Part shown: in pieces, positions 49,260 through 60,052 of the stretch
Layout of the letters: every line of letters begins with the position of its first letter
Position numbering within the stretch: position 1 is the stretch's first letter
Source of the DNA: a virus
Length of the DNA stretch: 63,304 nt
Virus genome (UHGV): UHGV-1374956
Direction: 5' to 3' (one strand)
Notes under the pieces: generated by a model
Databases searched by the model: none
Seen by the model: the letters and a program-made list of their open reading frames with translations, nothing else
What the model was told of the DNA's origin: nothing
Position numbers and translations under genes: made by a program

Positions 49260-51487
49260 TATGCAACCATCACCCCTCTCATAGAAGAAGCAGTGGCTAT
49301 TTGAGTACCTTCATTCAACATTTCAGCAATAGTTTCTGGTTCTACATTTACAGATTTATCTATTGAAATAGATACCGCTTGTGGAACAGTAACTTCATTT
49401 TGCATTATCCATGAACGTTCTGCAATAGCTTTAAGCATTTGAATACTATCTGTATTTAATGATACATCTTCGTTAATTCTGCCAACACTATCTAATTTTC
49501 CTCCTTTGACATCCATAGGAATATTTTTAGAAGAATCCATTTTTCCATAAAATTGACTTGTAGCGTTGTTAATATCTCTCATTGCTTTTTGTGCATCAGT
49601 AAGCATATCATCTTTACTAAATTTACGCAATACGCCTTCTTTAGCATCAGCATCCCATTGGTTCATTAGTTGTTTCTTTTGACGTTGAGCTTCTAAATAT
49701 TTTTTATTATAATCATCAACCATTTTTTGGTCTTTGTCAGATAATTTAGTAGAGGAACCTTGTGCTGACATAAAGGTAGGTCTAGGACCTATTTGATTGA
49801 ATATAGCTTTGTCTAATTCTTGTTCGTATTGATATCTTGCGTTCTTTTGTTGCTGGTTCATTCTAATTGTATTAGGGTCTAATTCGTCTTTAATATGTTT
49901 AAATGCGTACATAGCACCTACAATGGCTATGATACCACCTGCGACAGCTCCTAATGCACCAACAGTTATACCTAATACACCTGCTAGAGTTGTAAATCCA
50001 TCAACTGCAAAGGTAATAAAAGAACCTGTATTGGCTATAAGTCCGATAAATCCCCAAGCAATATTTCCTATTAAAGTTGAAATGAATGCAAGTATAGCAG
50101 GCACTTTACTACCTACCCACAATGCTGTGAATATACCAACCCACCTTGCAATATCTTTTAGATGGTCTACAATCCATTTGAAGGCAGGTGCTAAAAATCT
50201 CATCAATTCAACAAATTTGGTTAATAGATAATTTAATCCATCAATTATATTATATATAAATTTTTGACCCTCTACTGTATCTAACCACATAACAAAATCT
50301 TTTACAAGGTCTCTTAATTTGATATACCCTGTAAATTGTTGAGTTATAGATTTTTGCCATTTATCTTGCAAAACAATTAAAAGTTGACCAATTGTCCAAG
50401 GTGCTGTTCTAAATACATCATCAATTTGGTCTTGTACTTTTTCCATAGCTGTCATAATTGCTTCAGCTGTTAATTTACCTTCAGCACCCATTTGTTTTAG
50501 AGCACCTGGGTTTACTCCCATACCTCTTGCTAACATATACTTAAACATTGGAGCTTGTTCTGCAATTGAACGAAATTCATCACCGCCTAACCTGTTAGAC
50601 CCCATACCTTGTGCCAACTGTAACATTACAGCCCTGTTCTCTTGTGCTGAAGTACCGGAGATTGCCATTGTTTTGTTAAATGTCTCTACAAATCTTAAAA
50701 TTCTATCGTTTGAAGCTTTTACACCTGACATGGCAATTCTGTTATATAGTGAAATTGTACCTTTAGCATCTGCCCTTGTTCTTATAGCGGTATCATAAAG
50801 TTGATTCATCATTTGAGTTGGTTTATATTTACCATCTGCTGTTAGAGCTACTCTGGTAATACCTCCTATATATTCATCACCTGTTTTAATAAACATATTG
50901 TGAATAAAATCAAACATACTTTTTAAACCACCGATTACTAAACCTGTGGTTACTGCTAATTGTAAAAATTTGTCGTTTAAAGTTGGTAATGCTCTAGAAT
51001 TTTTAAAATGGTCAGAACTTTTTTGACGTAATTTATCCCAAATAGAACCTCTATTAAGCATAGCAAGTCTTTCATCAAAAGTTAAACCATTTACTCGTCT
51101 ACCTGTATCCCATAATAAACGATTTCTTCTTAATTGTGCATTTTGTATATTTCTATTATAGGCTTCAGCCATTGCTAAACGGTCTGCGTTTCTAACTTGC
51201 ATACCATTCAAATAATATCTACCATTTGCTCCAACTTTAAAAGCCCCATAACGTGCATTATTGACTTCAGCCGCCTTCATAGCTTTTAATGCTCGTTCTG
51301 TTGCTTTTGCTTGTGTTTCAACTGATTTTAATTCTCTTCTAAGATAAGACATAGAAGTAGGTTTCTCTAAGGTCTTAATATTAGACCTTAGAGTTCGCAT
51401 TCGTCTATTTAATTTTTCCGCTTCTCGGTATATTCTTCTTAATGAAGGCGACATACCATCGACGAGCGTTAATTGTTCTTTTGCCAT
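49259..51487 (-). CDS. tail tape measure protein
   Basis: 742 aa: an N-terminal coiled coil, then hydrophobic glycine-zipper segments (ALWVGSKVPAILAFISTLIGNIAWGFIGLIANTGSF). Confidence 0.8.
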   Translation of the reverse strand: MAKEQLTLVDGMSPSLRRIYREAEKLNRRMRTLRSNIKTLEKPTSMSYLRRELKSVETQAKATERALKAMKAAEVNNARYGAFKVGANGRYYLNGMQVRNADRLAMAEAYNRNIQNAQLRRNRLLWDTGRRVNGLTFDERLAMLNRGSIWDKLRQKSSDHFKNSRALPTLNDKFLQLAVTTGLVIGGLKSMFDFIHNMFIKTGDEYIGGITRVALTADGKYKPTQMMNQLYDTAIRTRADAKGTISLYNRIAMSGVKASNDRILRFVETFNKTMAISGTSAQENRAVMLQLAQGMGSNRLGGDEFRSIAEQAPMFKYMLARGMGVNPGALKQMGAEGKLTAEAIMTAMEKVQDQIDDVFRTAPWTIGQLLIVLQDKWQKSITQQFTGYIKLRDLVKDFVMWLDTVEGQKFIYNIIDGLNYLLTKFVELMRFLAPAFKWIVDHLKDIARWVGIFTALWVGSKVPAILAFISTLIGNIAWGFIGLIANTGSFITFAVDGFTTLAGVLGITVGALGAVAGGIIAIVGAMYAFKHIKDELDPNTIRMNQQQKNARYQYEQELDKAIFNQIGPRPTFMSAQGSSTKLSDKDQKMVDDYNKKYLEAQRQKKQLMNQWDADAKEGVLRKFSKDDMLTDAQKAMRDINNATSQFYGKMDSSKNIPMDVKGGKLDSVGRINEDVSLNTDSIQMLKAIAERSWIMQNEVTVPQAVSISIDKSVNVEPETIAEMLNEGTQIATASSMRGVMVA

Positions 51488-51669
51488 TGATGAAACCTAC
51501 TTCTTTTTAATCTTATCCATTTCCATTTTATCTGCTTTTACTTTTTCATCTATAAAAGCGATTGTAGTGGCTTTTTGTCGCCTATCCATGAAAGCGAATT
51601 TGGAAGGTTCCCAGTTAAATTTATGTAAACAGTAGTAAGCATAAATTGTCTCTGGTTCTCCTTCCTTAA

Positions 51670-52080
51670 TTAGTTTTTTACTTCATCTACCAATTCATCT
51701 AAAGAATCAGCAAACCCGCTCACTTCTCTAATTTGTTCAGATAAAGTTTGAATTTCACCCGCTAACAACATTTTATTAAGAAGCTGTTCTGGTGTTGCTA
51801 CACCTGCCTGTTGAATCAATTCAGAACTTCTAAAATTAGGCTCTACTGTATGATTTAAAATAACAAGTTGATTAAATCTCTTTGCATTGAAATCAATTTT
51901 CCCACCTTTTTTAGGTACTGTACATTGATTTTGATATTCTAAATATTGTTCGTTTAGCATTGGTCTAACTTTAAATTTAAGCATTTGACCGTTAGCATCC
52001 ACGATTCTTTTAGATACCACAACTTCTTTTTCAATTGTGTCTACTGGATTTGCGAGTAAAAACTCTGTTAATGCTGTCAT
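51670..52080 (-). CDS. tail assembly chaperone (G-like; -1 frameshift extension predicted)
   Basis: Sits between the tube and the tape measure. Ends in the slippery heptamer A_AAA_AAC, followed by a 61-codon open -1 frame that runs to the tape-measure start. Confidence 0.55.
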   Translation of the reverse strand: MTALTEFLLANPVDTIEKEVVVSKRIVDANGQMLKFKVRPMLNEQYLEYQNQCTVPKKGGKIDFNAKRFNQLVILNHTVEPNFRSSELIQQAGVATPEQLLNKMLLAGEIQTLSEQIREVSGFADSLDELVDEVKN

Positions 52081-52095
52081 AATTTCCTCCTTTTA

Positions 52096-52557
52096 TTATC
52101 TAAGATTTTCTGGAATCTCAAACGAAGATAATATTTCAGCACCTGTGAATGAGAAGTTCATATTCTCATCCATTACTTGTGATTCAGTATCAAATTTTGC
52201 TAATACTGTAGAATCTAAGTTTACATCATACAGAGCTATCGTTTGCGACCCGATTGTACTCGTTTCATCATTGTTTGTTATAATTAGGTCAAAGAATAAA
52301 TCTTTACCTGTTTTAATATATTCTATAGCAAGTTCTCTAAATATAGATGAACAATAGTAAACAGACATTGAGCCGGTTCCTTCCCAGCCAACTGTTTTCT
52401 TTTGCTTAACTCTATTACCTAAAGTTCTTACATCGATTTTTTCTTTGTTGAAAGTTGCTTCAACTGACTTAGCGAAAAATAAATCAACTACCGTACCATT
52501 TACGTTCATGGTAGCTGTTGCTTCTTGTCCGCTAATTACGTCCATCGCCTTAAGCAT
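52096..52557 (-). CDS. tail tube protein (XkdM-like)
   Basis: 153-aa ORF directly downstream of the sheath. Confidence 0.6.
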   Translation of the reverse strand: MLKAMDVISGQEATATMNVNGTVVDLFFAKSVEATFNKEKIDVRTLGNRVKQKKTVGWEGTGSMSVYYCSSIFRELAIEYIKTGKDLFFDLIITNNDETSTIGSQTIALYDVNLDSTVLAKFDTESQVMDENMNFSFTGAEILSSFEIPENLR

Positions 52558-52576
52558 AATGAATTCCTCCTTTTAA

Positions 52577-53941
52577 TTATACATCTTTTCTACCAACAGT
52601 AAATGTCATGTACAGTTTTTCCATAGAATCTACTGGTTGTACTGGCCAATTGACTACTACAGAATCAACGGCATCACCCATTAGAACTTCAATATCATCA
52701 GCACCTAAGAAGTTAGTAATAGCGTGAATACCTGCTAATGTTTCACCATATTTAACCAAATCTGCTTTATAGATATTTCTACCATCAGCATCATTGTCTA
52801 ATTTACCACAATAATTTTCATCCCAAGTGCTTTCGCAAGTATTGCCCATTTCATCTAAAACTCTAATAACTCTGTTTTTAGAGAAATCGTAAGACCTTTT
52901 AACTGTGAATGTGTGCAATGTATTGATGTCTTTTTCTACACGAATTGTTCCTTTTCTTGATTTAGAAATTAAGAATTTACCTGCATTTAATCCATCAATA
53001 ATTTCTGTATTACTTAATTCTCCAATTATTTCTACAGCATCTTGAATTGTTTTATGTGTATTTGATTCATTTATTTCAGCACCTGCACAAGCTCCAGTTA
53101 CCCAAGAAACAAAATTGACTTTTGAAATTTCTTCTGCATCAGTTCTGTAACCTTGTTCACTAGATACGATACCTTCGTAATCATAACTTGATTTATCATA
53201 TACACAACCTTGAACTTTTACACCTTCATTTTCTCTAAGGTCTTTAATGTATTCACAAAAAGCAGTTTTAACAGTAGCATCTTCGCTTAAAAGACCCATT
53301 GTGTTCCATACTTCTGTTTTCATCTTAGCCCAGTAAGGTGTATAAGCAGTTGATTCTGTTACCGTACCATTTGTTCCACCAGTTAATGTTGAACCAGCTG
53401 TTGCGGTAAATACTGTTTGGTCTGTAACATTCCAATCTACAAAATCGTTATCTTCCAAATCTTTAGGAGAAGATAATTTAGATTGAATGTTTTGACGTAA
53501 TCCATCATACAATGTTTCTACTGTATATGTGTCACCTGTTTCTGATTCTTTAAGAACAATAATCTGAATTTTATTACCACAAATACCTGGATATTTTGCA
53601 GTAGGTTTCATTGCAGTTTCGCCTGTTCCTATTGTTGTAGATGCTTTTTCTCCACCCTTGTCTAATCTCCAAGCCTTTAATCTGTAACAGTTTTGTAGAC
53701 AAATTCTAAATAATAGAGATTCTACGTTAGTTGCTGAGTAACCAATTTTCTTGATACTTGTTCCATCTGTTAAGTCTGAACTTAAAATATCAATTATTTC
53801 TCCTTCAGGACCCCAGGACATAGGAAGAGCAAGAGTAGCAATTCCTCTATCACTTACATTCATTAAAGATTGAGGTTTTGCAACGAAATTGATGTAGGCA
53901 CCTGGTCTTACCTTATTTTGTACTAAAAAAGTTCCGCCCAT
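52577..53941 (-). CDS. contractile tail sheath protein (XkdK-like)
   Basis: 454 aa. N-terminus MGGTFLVQNKVRPGAYINF is typical of sheath proteins. Confidence 0.7.
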   Translation of the reverse strand: MGGTFLVQNKVRPGAYINFVAKPQSLMNVSDRGIATLALPMSWGPEGEIIDILSSDLTDGTSIKKIGYSATNVESLLFRICLQNCYRLKAWRLDKGGEKASTTIGTGETAMKPTAKYPGICGNKIQIIVLKESETGDTYTVETLYDGLRQNIQSKLSSPKDLEDNDFVDWNVTDQTVFTATAGSTLTGGTNGTVTESTAYTPYWAKMKTEVWNTMGLLSEDATVKTAFCEYIKDLRENEGVKVQGCVYDKSSYDYEGIVSSEQGYRTDAEEISKVNFVSWVTGACAGAEINESNTHKTIQDAVEIIGELSNTEIIDGLNAGKFLISKSRKGTIRVEKDINTLHTFTVKRSYDFSKNRVIRVLDEMGNTCESTWDENYCGKLDNDADGRNIYKADLVKYGETLAGIHAITNFLGADDIEVLMGDAVDSVVVNWPVQPVDSMEKLYMTFTVGRKDV

Positions 53942-53953
53942 TTGATTTTCTCC

Positions 53954-54487
53954 TTATTTCTTGTAAACATTGACTTTCTGTGTCAGTTGTTTTGGTTTTG
54001 GTTCTTTTTCTTTTGCGACTTTTATATCATAGTTGATATAGAATTCTAATTTTTGATTATCTGGATACCAATTTTTATTGTAACCTCTTAACTTATCCCC
54101 ATTTGGTAGTTCTATCAATTCTAGAAGTTCTGCTAATTGATAGCCTAATTTTGTAAATGCGTGATAAGATGTTTCCGGAAGTTCCTTATATTGATATATT
54201 ACACTAATTATGAAAGATTGTAAATAGTTCTTTCTCATTAGTTTATTTTCTGTAAAATCTTCACAAAATACCATAAAATAAGGATATTTACATCCTTCAT
54301 TTATAGTCTCTTCATACACATCTATATCCGGAAAAGCATTGACAATAGCTTGTATCACCGAATCTAAAATAGTATGTCCTTCTATTGTTAATTTTTGTGA
54401 CATTTTAACCTTTAAATTCCCCTTCCCAAGAAGCAACTTCTGAAGGTGATAGTAAACCCACCTTATTTGCTTCCCATAATACATCAT
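53954..54487 (-). CDS. head-tail joining / tail completion protein
   Basis: Position. Confidence 0.35.
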   Translation of the reverse strand: MMYYGKQIRWVYYHLQKLLLGKGNLKVKMSQKLTIEGHTILDSVIQAIVNAFPDIDVYEETINEGCKYPYFMVFCEDFTENKLMRKNYLQSFIISVIYQYKELPETSYHAFTKLGYQLAELLELIELPNGDKLRGYNKNWYPDNQKLEFYINYDIKVAKEKEPKPKQLTQKVNVYKK

Positions 54488-54953
54488 TTATAAATTTTTT
54501 AAATTCTGCATCAACTTTATTACGAATTACTCTAAGCTGTTTAGTATAGAATTTAGTGCGTTTATCTACAAACGGCATATATCTTTTAAGGTTATGCCTT
54601 CCAACCCTTTTCTTTTTACGATGAACCACGTTTTGTTGGGCATTTTTTAACATAGCTTGTTGACCTACGGTAGCTGTGTTATTCAAATAAACTTGCCAAA
54701 CTCTACCTGTATGTGTTAATAAGTATGTTTTAGGTAATTGCCAACTTCGTTTTAACAAACCTGTATCTTTAGGGTGCGAAGCTAGAGATTCTAAACGGTT
54801 TTTTAATAATTTATCCATTCTAGCTGTAAATTTTCGCATCACATTGTCAATTGTTCTAGGCTGGGCCAATATTCTATAACGTTCAGCGAATTGTGCTAAC
54901 GTTTCTTTTTTGTGTCCTACATTTAATTTTGGCGCCTTTGTTGCCACTAACAA
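54405..54953 (-). CDS. head-tail joining protein
   Basis: Position. Confidence 0.35.
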   Translation of the reverse strand: MLVATKAPKLNVGHKKETLAQFAERYRILAQPRTIDNVMRKFTARMDKLLKNRLESLASHPKDTGLLKRSWQLPKTYLLTHTGRVWQVYLNNTATVGQQAMLKNAQQNVVHRKKKRVGRHNLKRYMPFVDKRTKFYTKQLRVIRNKVDAEFKKFINDVLWEANKVGLLSPSEVASWEGEFKG

Positions 54954-55345
54954 TCTCCTTTAACGTCTAACAATATTTCTTGATGTGACCAACATACTTG
55001 TGGTAGACCTGCTTGTCCTTTATATGTGAATAAAATTTGTTTAGTATCCGGGTCACATTTGTGAGCTTCTATATAAAATCCTGGTAATACTTTATATTTA
55101 TTTTCTAAAAATATTTTAGGTTGCTTTTCATATGGTGTTGTATCCATATTTTTATGAGTAAAGGTGTCCCAAGTTCTTAAACTAAAAGATATTTTACAAG
55201 GTGCGTCAATATGAACAGGCACCTTTTGTCTTACAGTAGATTTTGAACCGTTTGGGTTTGTTTGTTTTTCATACTTATATATATCACATTTATCATGATA
55301 CATAAGGTTTTTATGAATTTTTTGAACAGTTTTAAAATTTACCAT
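54947..55345 (-). CDS. head closure / connector protein
   Basis: Position. Confidence 0.35.
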   Translation of the reverse strand: MVNFKTVQKIHKNLMYHDKCDIYKYEKQTNPNGSKSTVRQKVPVHIDAPCKISFSLRTWDTFTHKNMDTTPYEKQPKIFLENKYKVLPGFYIEAHKCDPDTKQILFTYKGQAGLPQVCWSHQEILLDVKGDC

Positions 55346-55755
55346 TTAGTCAACCTATATTTATCTAATTGGCTTTTATAGTTGTATAGAAGTGAATCTA
55401 CATCAGCAACATGAACACCTGTATTGGTTTTAGAAGTTGCAAATTTTAATTCACTATCTCCATCCTTTATAGAAGCTAAAACACCAACACCTGCATCTGC
55501 TAATTTATCATTATCCAAATTACCACTTAATGCTTGTGATTTTAATAAGTCCATAGTCATATTCATAACTACAAATTTAAGAGGTTCTGGTACATAACCT
55601 CTATTTATATAATTACATATAGTATATTGAACTTCTTCAATATAGTTATATAACAATACTTTACCTATAGAATTGTCGTTGAGTCTATCTTGTATTGTTT
55701 GATAGACCCAATCAACATCTACAGGTTTATAATGAGGACGTCTACCATCGTACAT
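55339..55755 (-). CDS. head-tail connector protein
   Basis: Position. Confidence 0.35.
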   Translation of the reverse strand: MYDGRRPHYKPVDVDWVYQTIQDRLNDNSIGKVLLYNYIEEVQYTICNYINRGYVPEPLKFVVMNMTMDLLKSQALSGNLDNDKLADAGVGVLASIKDGDSELKFATSKTNTGVHVADVDSLLYNYKSQLDKYRLTKW

Positions 55756-55982
55756 TATAAATCCTCACCAGTTTTTCTGCCTTTACGTTCGAAGTTTTGC
55801 ACCGCCCAGGCTCCAAGAGATTGAAATCTCTTGAAGTCGGACGAGTCGCAATTGAATTTCGTATGTGCTTTTTTGATTTCACCTTTATATTTTACATCTA
55901 CTGGAACAATTATTAACATTTAATCTCCTTTAAGAGAAGAAGGAGGCAACCCTACGTCACCTCCTGACAATTTCTCTTTTGA

Positions 55983-57047
55983 TTAAGCTACTACTTTAAG
56001 AACAAATACGTCGCCCATTCTTTCAAATGAAGGAAGTACGATTTGTGATACAGAAGTAATCAAGTTTACTGGTAATGATTCTTTTTTGTTAAGAATTGCG
56101 ATACCTGTATTTACGATAGATACATCTGCATCTTTATTTCCGCCCATTAAATCAGCTTCTTCAGGAGTTGTACCATACCAAGTGCTACCTAAAGTTCCTG
56201 TAGGCAAGAATGTTACATAGTTGTCTGGGTAGAACTGTTTATCTTCACCATTTTCGTTTTTATACATTTTATCGTAAATGGTAAATGTGATACCCAATTT
56301 TTCAACTAAATATCTTCTAACATCTGCATCACTGATAATGATATTCTGATAACCAACTGGGTTCATGTCCTTTTTAATTGCTTCGTTTTTACAAATATAA
56401 GACCATGTTTTAGTTGTACAAATAGCACGAGTTAATAGAATACCCCTTGCCTGTGCATCTTTTTTAAGTTTATCAATATCACCATAAATATCAGCAGTTG
56501 GGTCAGACCAATTCTTTGCGACTGTATCGGTGTTAGAATCTACCCATTCACCTTCTGGGTCGTAATTATATTTATATTGAACAGATACGCCGGATTTATC
56601 AGGAGCTACGATATCAATAGTACCATCAACAAGCAATGACATTCTCATTCTTTCTGATTGTACTAATGCACCAGATACCAAATTAGCTCTGTCTTCGTAA
56701 ATATTCTGCATCAATTGTTTAGCATATTGATTATTTGCCATTTCTTGGAACATCAATAATTGCTGTCTGTCTTCTTCGTTTAGTTTCATTGATTCACGGA
56801 AGAAAGGCATCTTTGTGCTAAAGTCTTTAACACCAATTCTACCTCTTAAAGTAGGTTTAGTATCAAAAGCTGATGGCATCAAAGCGATAGGCAATTGACG
56901 GAATCCTTTTAAGAATTCTAATTTTAAACCTAATTTTTTTCTATCCGGAAATAAAGCTGTGCCTAAATAAGGAATAGAATTTGAATAAATATTATTCCAA
57001 TATAGTGCAATAGCTTTAGAGTCAATTAAATCGTAAATAGTTTTCAT
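55983..57047 (-). CDS. major capsid protein (lambda gpE-like fold family)
   Basis: FFRES, FYPDNYVTFLPTG and GSTWYG segments and the ...FVLKVVA C-terminus parallel lambda E. Confidence 0.65.
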   Translation of the reverse strand: MKTIYDLIDSKAIALYWNNIYSNSIPYLGTALFPDRKKLGLKLEFLKGFRQLPIALMPSAFDTKPTLRGRIGVKDFSTKMPFFRESMKLNEEDRQQLLMFQEMANNQYAKQLMQNIYEDRANLVSGALVQSERMRMSLLVDGTIDIVAPDKSGVSVQYKYNYDPEGEWVDSNTDTVAKNWSDPTADIYGDIDKLKKDAQARGILLTRAICTTKTWSYICKNEAIKKDMNPVGYQNIIISDADVRRYLVEKLGITFTIYDKMYKNENGEDKQFYPDNYVTFLPTGTLGSTWYGTTPEEADLMGGNKDADVSIVNTGIAILNKKESLPVNLITSVSQIVLPSFERMGDVFVLKVVA

Positions 57048-57064
57048 CTCGTATCTCCTCTTTA

Positions 57065-57721
57065 TTATGCTATCGTAATAGTTACTTCGTTAGATGCTAT
57101 ACCGTTTACGACTGTCGCGGTTCCTGCTTTCACTTTCAAAGTACCTGCTACTGCTGTACCTGTAAACGCCATCTTAACAACTTTATCACTTACTCTTGTA
57201 ATTGTATCTACAGTTAATGCGGTTGTTCCTGGTGTTACTGTGTAATTTGAAGCTTTTGTTGAAGCTTGTTTAGGTGCAAAATCAGTTCCTTCTAAGTGAA
57301 TAGAAATAACTGGGTCTTTATCACCTACTGCAATTTTAGAATCTGTATCAATAATAGTTTCATCTGCTACGGTGCCACCTAATGGATAGAAGAATATAGC
57401 ACTTTTTAAAGCTGTTTTACAAGCGGTTGTATAAGTACCTTTAAAGTTTTCCTCTGCTCTAGCGGTGTTAATATGTCCTCTAACAAGAACTGCCCCATTT
57501 GCATCACCATTTGTAACGTCTAAATCATTTAATACAATACCAGTACAATTAGCATCGTTAGAAGGAAATGGTGTACCTGCTTTGACAATGTACTTTCCAT
57601 TTTCTTTAACTGCTAATTTTGATTGTTCGTCAAAAAACTGAGGTCTAGCTACATAGTCATCAGGAAATTGTAAAATTTCAATTTTTGACGCATAAGAATT
57701 GGTAACTGATTCAATTGTCAT
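57065..57721 (-). CDS. head decoration protein with Ig-like domain
   Basis: Between scaffold and MCP. T/V-rich beta-strand C-terminal domain. Confidence 0.45.
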   Translation of the reverse strand: MTIESVTNSYASKIEILQFPDDYVARPQFFDEQSKLAVKENGKYIVKAGTPFPSNDANCTGIVLNDLDVTNGDANGAVLVRGHINTARAEENFKGTYTTACKTALKSAIFFYPLGGTVADETIIDTDSKIAVGDKDPVISIHLEGTDFAPKQASTKASNYTVTPGTTALTVDTITRVSDKVVKMAFTGTAVAGTLKVKAGTATVVNGIASNEVTITIA

Positions 57722-57732
57722 AATTTTTCTCC

Positions 57733-58383
57733 TTATTCTTTACCAAAGTAATGTTCAGTTGCTTTCGCTGTGGCATCTGAAATTGTTTTGTTGTCATTTA
57801 ATAATGAATTTACAAAATTTTCAGAAATTGATTTGTTTGTTTGACCTTGTTTGTCTTTAGGGTCATCGCCTTTAAAACTCCAACCATCAAACTTTTGATT
57901 TCCTTGTTCGCCTTCTTGTTCTGCAACAAATAATAATGGCTTATCTTTTTTAGCTTTTTCAATTTGTTCGTCTAATCCAGCGATTGTACCGTCTTCTTTG
58001 AGTACAATTAAACTTTTATCAATTAAACCTAAAACTAAATCGTTGTAGCCTTCTTGAACTTTGCCGTTTAATGCGTAGTTGATAGCGTTGTCAATCTTTA
58101 GGGACTTAATAGCTTTTGCATTTTCTTCATCTTTTTGTTTGTTAGCTGTTTCCAACTCTTCAATTTTTGTTTGTAGAGTAGCGTTGTCACCTTCAAACTT
58201 TTTAAGATTACTAATTTGTTTGTCACGTTCTGTGACATCATCTGTAAGCTGTTTGTTTTTCTCATTCACTTCATCAAATCGATGTTTTGGAATGAATTTA
58301 TCATTGATTGCATCTTTGATAAATTTAGCAATTTGCTCATCAGACAATCCCATTTCTTTTAGAATTTGTTTAATTTGTTCCAT
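57733..58383 (-). CDS. scaffolding protein (GP20-like)
   Basis: MEQIKQILKEMGLSDEQIAKFI N-terminus and an acidic coiled coil. Confidence 0.65.
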   Translation of the reverse strand: MEQIKQILKEMGLSDEQIAKFIKDAINDKFIPKHRFDEVNEKNKQLTDDVTERDKQISNLKKFEGDNATLQTKIEELETANKQKDEENAKAIKSLKIDNAINYALNGKVQEGYNDLVLGLIDKSLIVLKEDGTIAGLDEQIEKAKKDKPLLFVAEQEGEQGNQKFDGWSFKGDDPKDKQGQTNKSISENFVNSLLNDNKTISDATAKATEHYFGKE

Positions 58384-58477
58384 TTAATTTTCCTCCTCGC
58401 TTTTTTACATGATGCGTCCATGAAATTATCTATACATTTATTATATATTAGAATATGAATAATTGCAATACGATTGA

Positions 58478-59992
58478 TTAAGATTTATTACTTGAATTTG
58501 AAGTGTTAGAATACTTTTTGGTTATTTGAGCTGTTCGTTCAGTAACTTCCATATCATATTCTAATTGCTTTTTCTTATCATCTTCAATTTGTTTAATTTC
58601 TTCATCAACATTTTTAACCCAAGGATGATTTTCTACCAAAGTACGTTGGCTGACCAAATCCTTAGACACCGCAAGATTGTTAATTGTTTCAGTTTCATTG
58701 ACAATTACATCTGTATTAAATATAAAGTCGCTGGTAGAGTCATCAAAAGAAACACCATGAGACAATAAATCTTGGTTAATGAACCATTGTAACTGTCTTA
58801 AGGAATATCTAAATTGCTGTGCCATTTCTGAACAGTCCATATCCAAATCTGAATATTGAAATCTAAGTGCTACACCAGCGACATCTCGTAAATCCTTTTC
58901 TACTGTATCAACACCACCACCAAATTCGAAAATATCTTTTCTAAGTCTATTTAAGTGAAGGTCTGAACCTGCTAAATCTAATTGAGTTTGAAGAGAACGA
59001 ACATCTCCACCTTCACCTACGAATACCGTTCTAAAAATATTTAAGTTTTTAGAAAATTCTTCTTTATCATTATCTTCGTAACCTTCTACAACTTTAATTG
59101 AATTTGGTACGTCCGCTAAATTATTTGAATTATCAGAAGTTTGAACATCATAATCATCAATTAAAGGTTTAATCCAGTTTATTAGACTAACTTCTTCCAT
59201 ATTATATTTAAACGCAACGAATGGCACTTTGTTCCAAGTTGCATCATATTCTTTATTGTCTTCTTTTATAACCGTAAAATGTCCTTCACCCTCAATGGTT
59301 GATAAATTTTCAAGACTTCCACCTGCTTTTAATCTTCTATATTTCCATAGACCTTGCGGTGTATAGTATTCTATATACTCCCAAATCTTTTTCACAGTAT
59401 TTCCAGTTACATATTCTTCAATATCATAAATACGGATAACAGCATCTAATTCAGTATGCTCGCTATCATGCCAAAAAGGAATTATTTCATTACTTGGTAT
59501 CATTTTAAATTTAAGTTTACCTTCTTTATTATAATAAACTTGCATCCAAGCAATTCCGCAACGAATAGATTCTTTTCCTGTATTTATTAAAGTAAGTCTA
59601 AATTTATCATTAAAGTATTTTTGTAATTCTTTAACATAATTTTCTTCACCTCTAATAGTAAAATCTTTAGAAAGTAAGTAGTTTACTTTTTGATTTGTTA
59701 ATTTACGCATAAAAGGGTGAGCAAGTTTTGAATTTGATAAAAGTTCTGTTTCTACAGGTTTTCCTTGTCTATCTATATAATATCTTTTACGATGAACAAT
59801 ATCATTCTGGTTAAAGAAGTAATTAGTACCTACTTCCATAGCCTTATAAACCGCACTATCTCTATATTCTTTTATACATTGTACTAAAAATTCTTCTTGT
59901 GGTTGACCATAATTAGAAACTAACGCAACTCTAATATCTATTGGTAACTCCACATCTTCTAATTCTTTAGGAATTCTAAATAAAACTGACAT
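58478..59992 (-). CDS. portal protein
   Basis: 504-aa ORF directly downstream of the large terminase. Confidence 0.6.
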   Translation of the reverse strand: MSVLFRIPKELEDVELPIDIRVALVSNYGQPQEEFLVQCIKEYRDSAVYKAMEVGTNYFFNQNDIVHRKRYYIDRQGKPVETELLSNSKLAHPFMRKLTNQKVNYLLSKDFTIRGEENYVKELQKYFNDKFRLTLINTGKESIRCGIAWMQVYYNKEGKLKFKMIPSNEIIPFWHDSEHTELDAVIRIYDIEEYVTGNTVKKIWEYIEYYTPQGLWKYRRLKAGGSLENLSTIEGEGHFTVIKEDNKEYDATWNKVPFVAFKYNMEEVSLINWIKPLIDDYDVQTSDNSNNLADVPNSIKVVEGYEDNDKEEFSKNLNIFRTVFVGEGGDVRSLQTQLDLAGSDLHLNRLRKDIFEFGGGVDTVEKDLRDVAGVALRFQYSDLDMDCSEMAQQFRYSLRQLQWFINQDLLSHGVSFDDSTSDFIFNTDVIVNETETINNLAVSKDLVSQRTLVENHPWVKNVDEEIKQIEDDKKKQLEYDMEVTERTAQITKKYSNTSNSSNKS

Positions 59993-60052
59993 TTATTTCT
60001 CCTTTATATTTATTATATATGAATATTAGATAAATAGCAAGTTATTTGACAA

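Noticed and set aside
49923-50231. Plus-strand 102-aa ORF
   Set aside because: It lies antisense within the tape-measure gene and reflects the Ala/Gly/Pro-rich complement of the glycine-zipper region.
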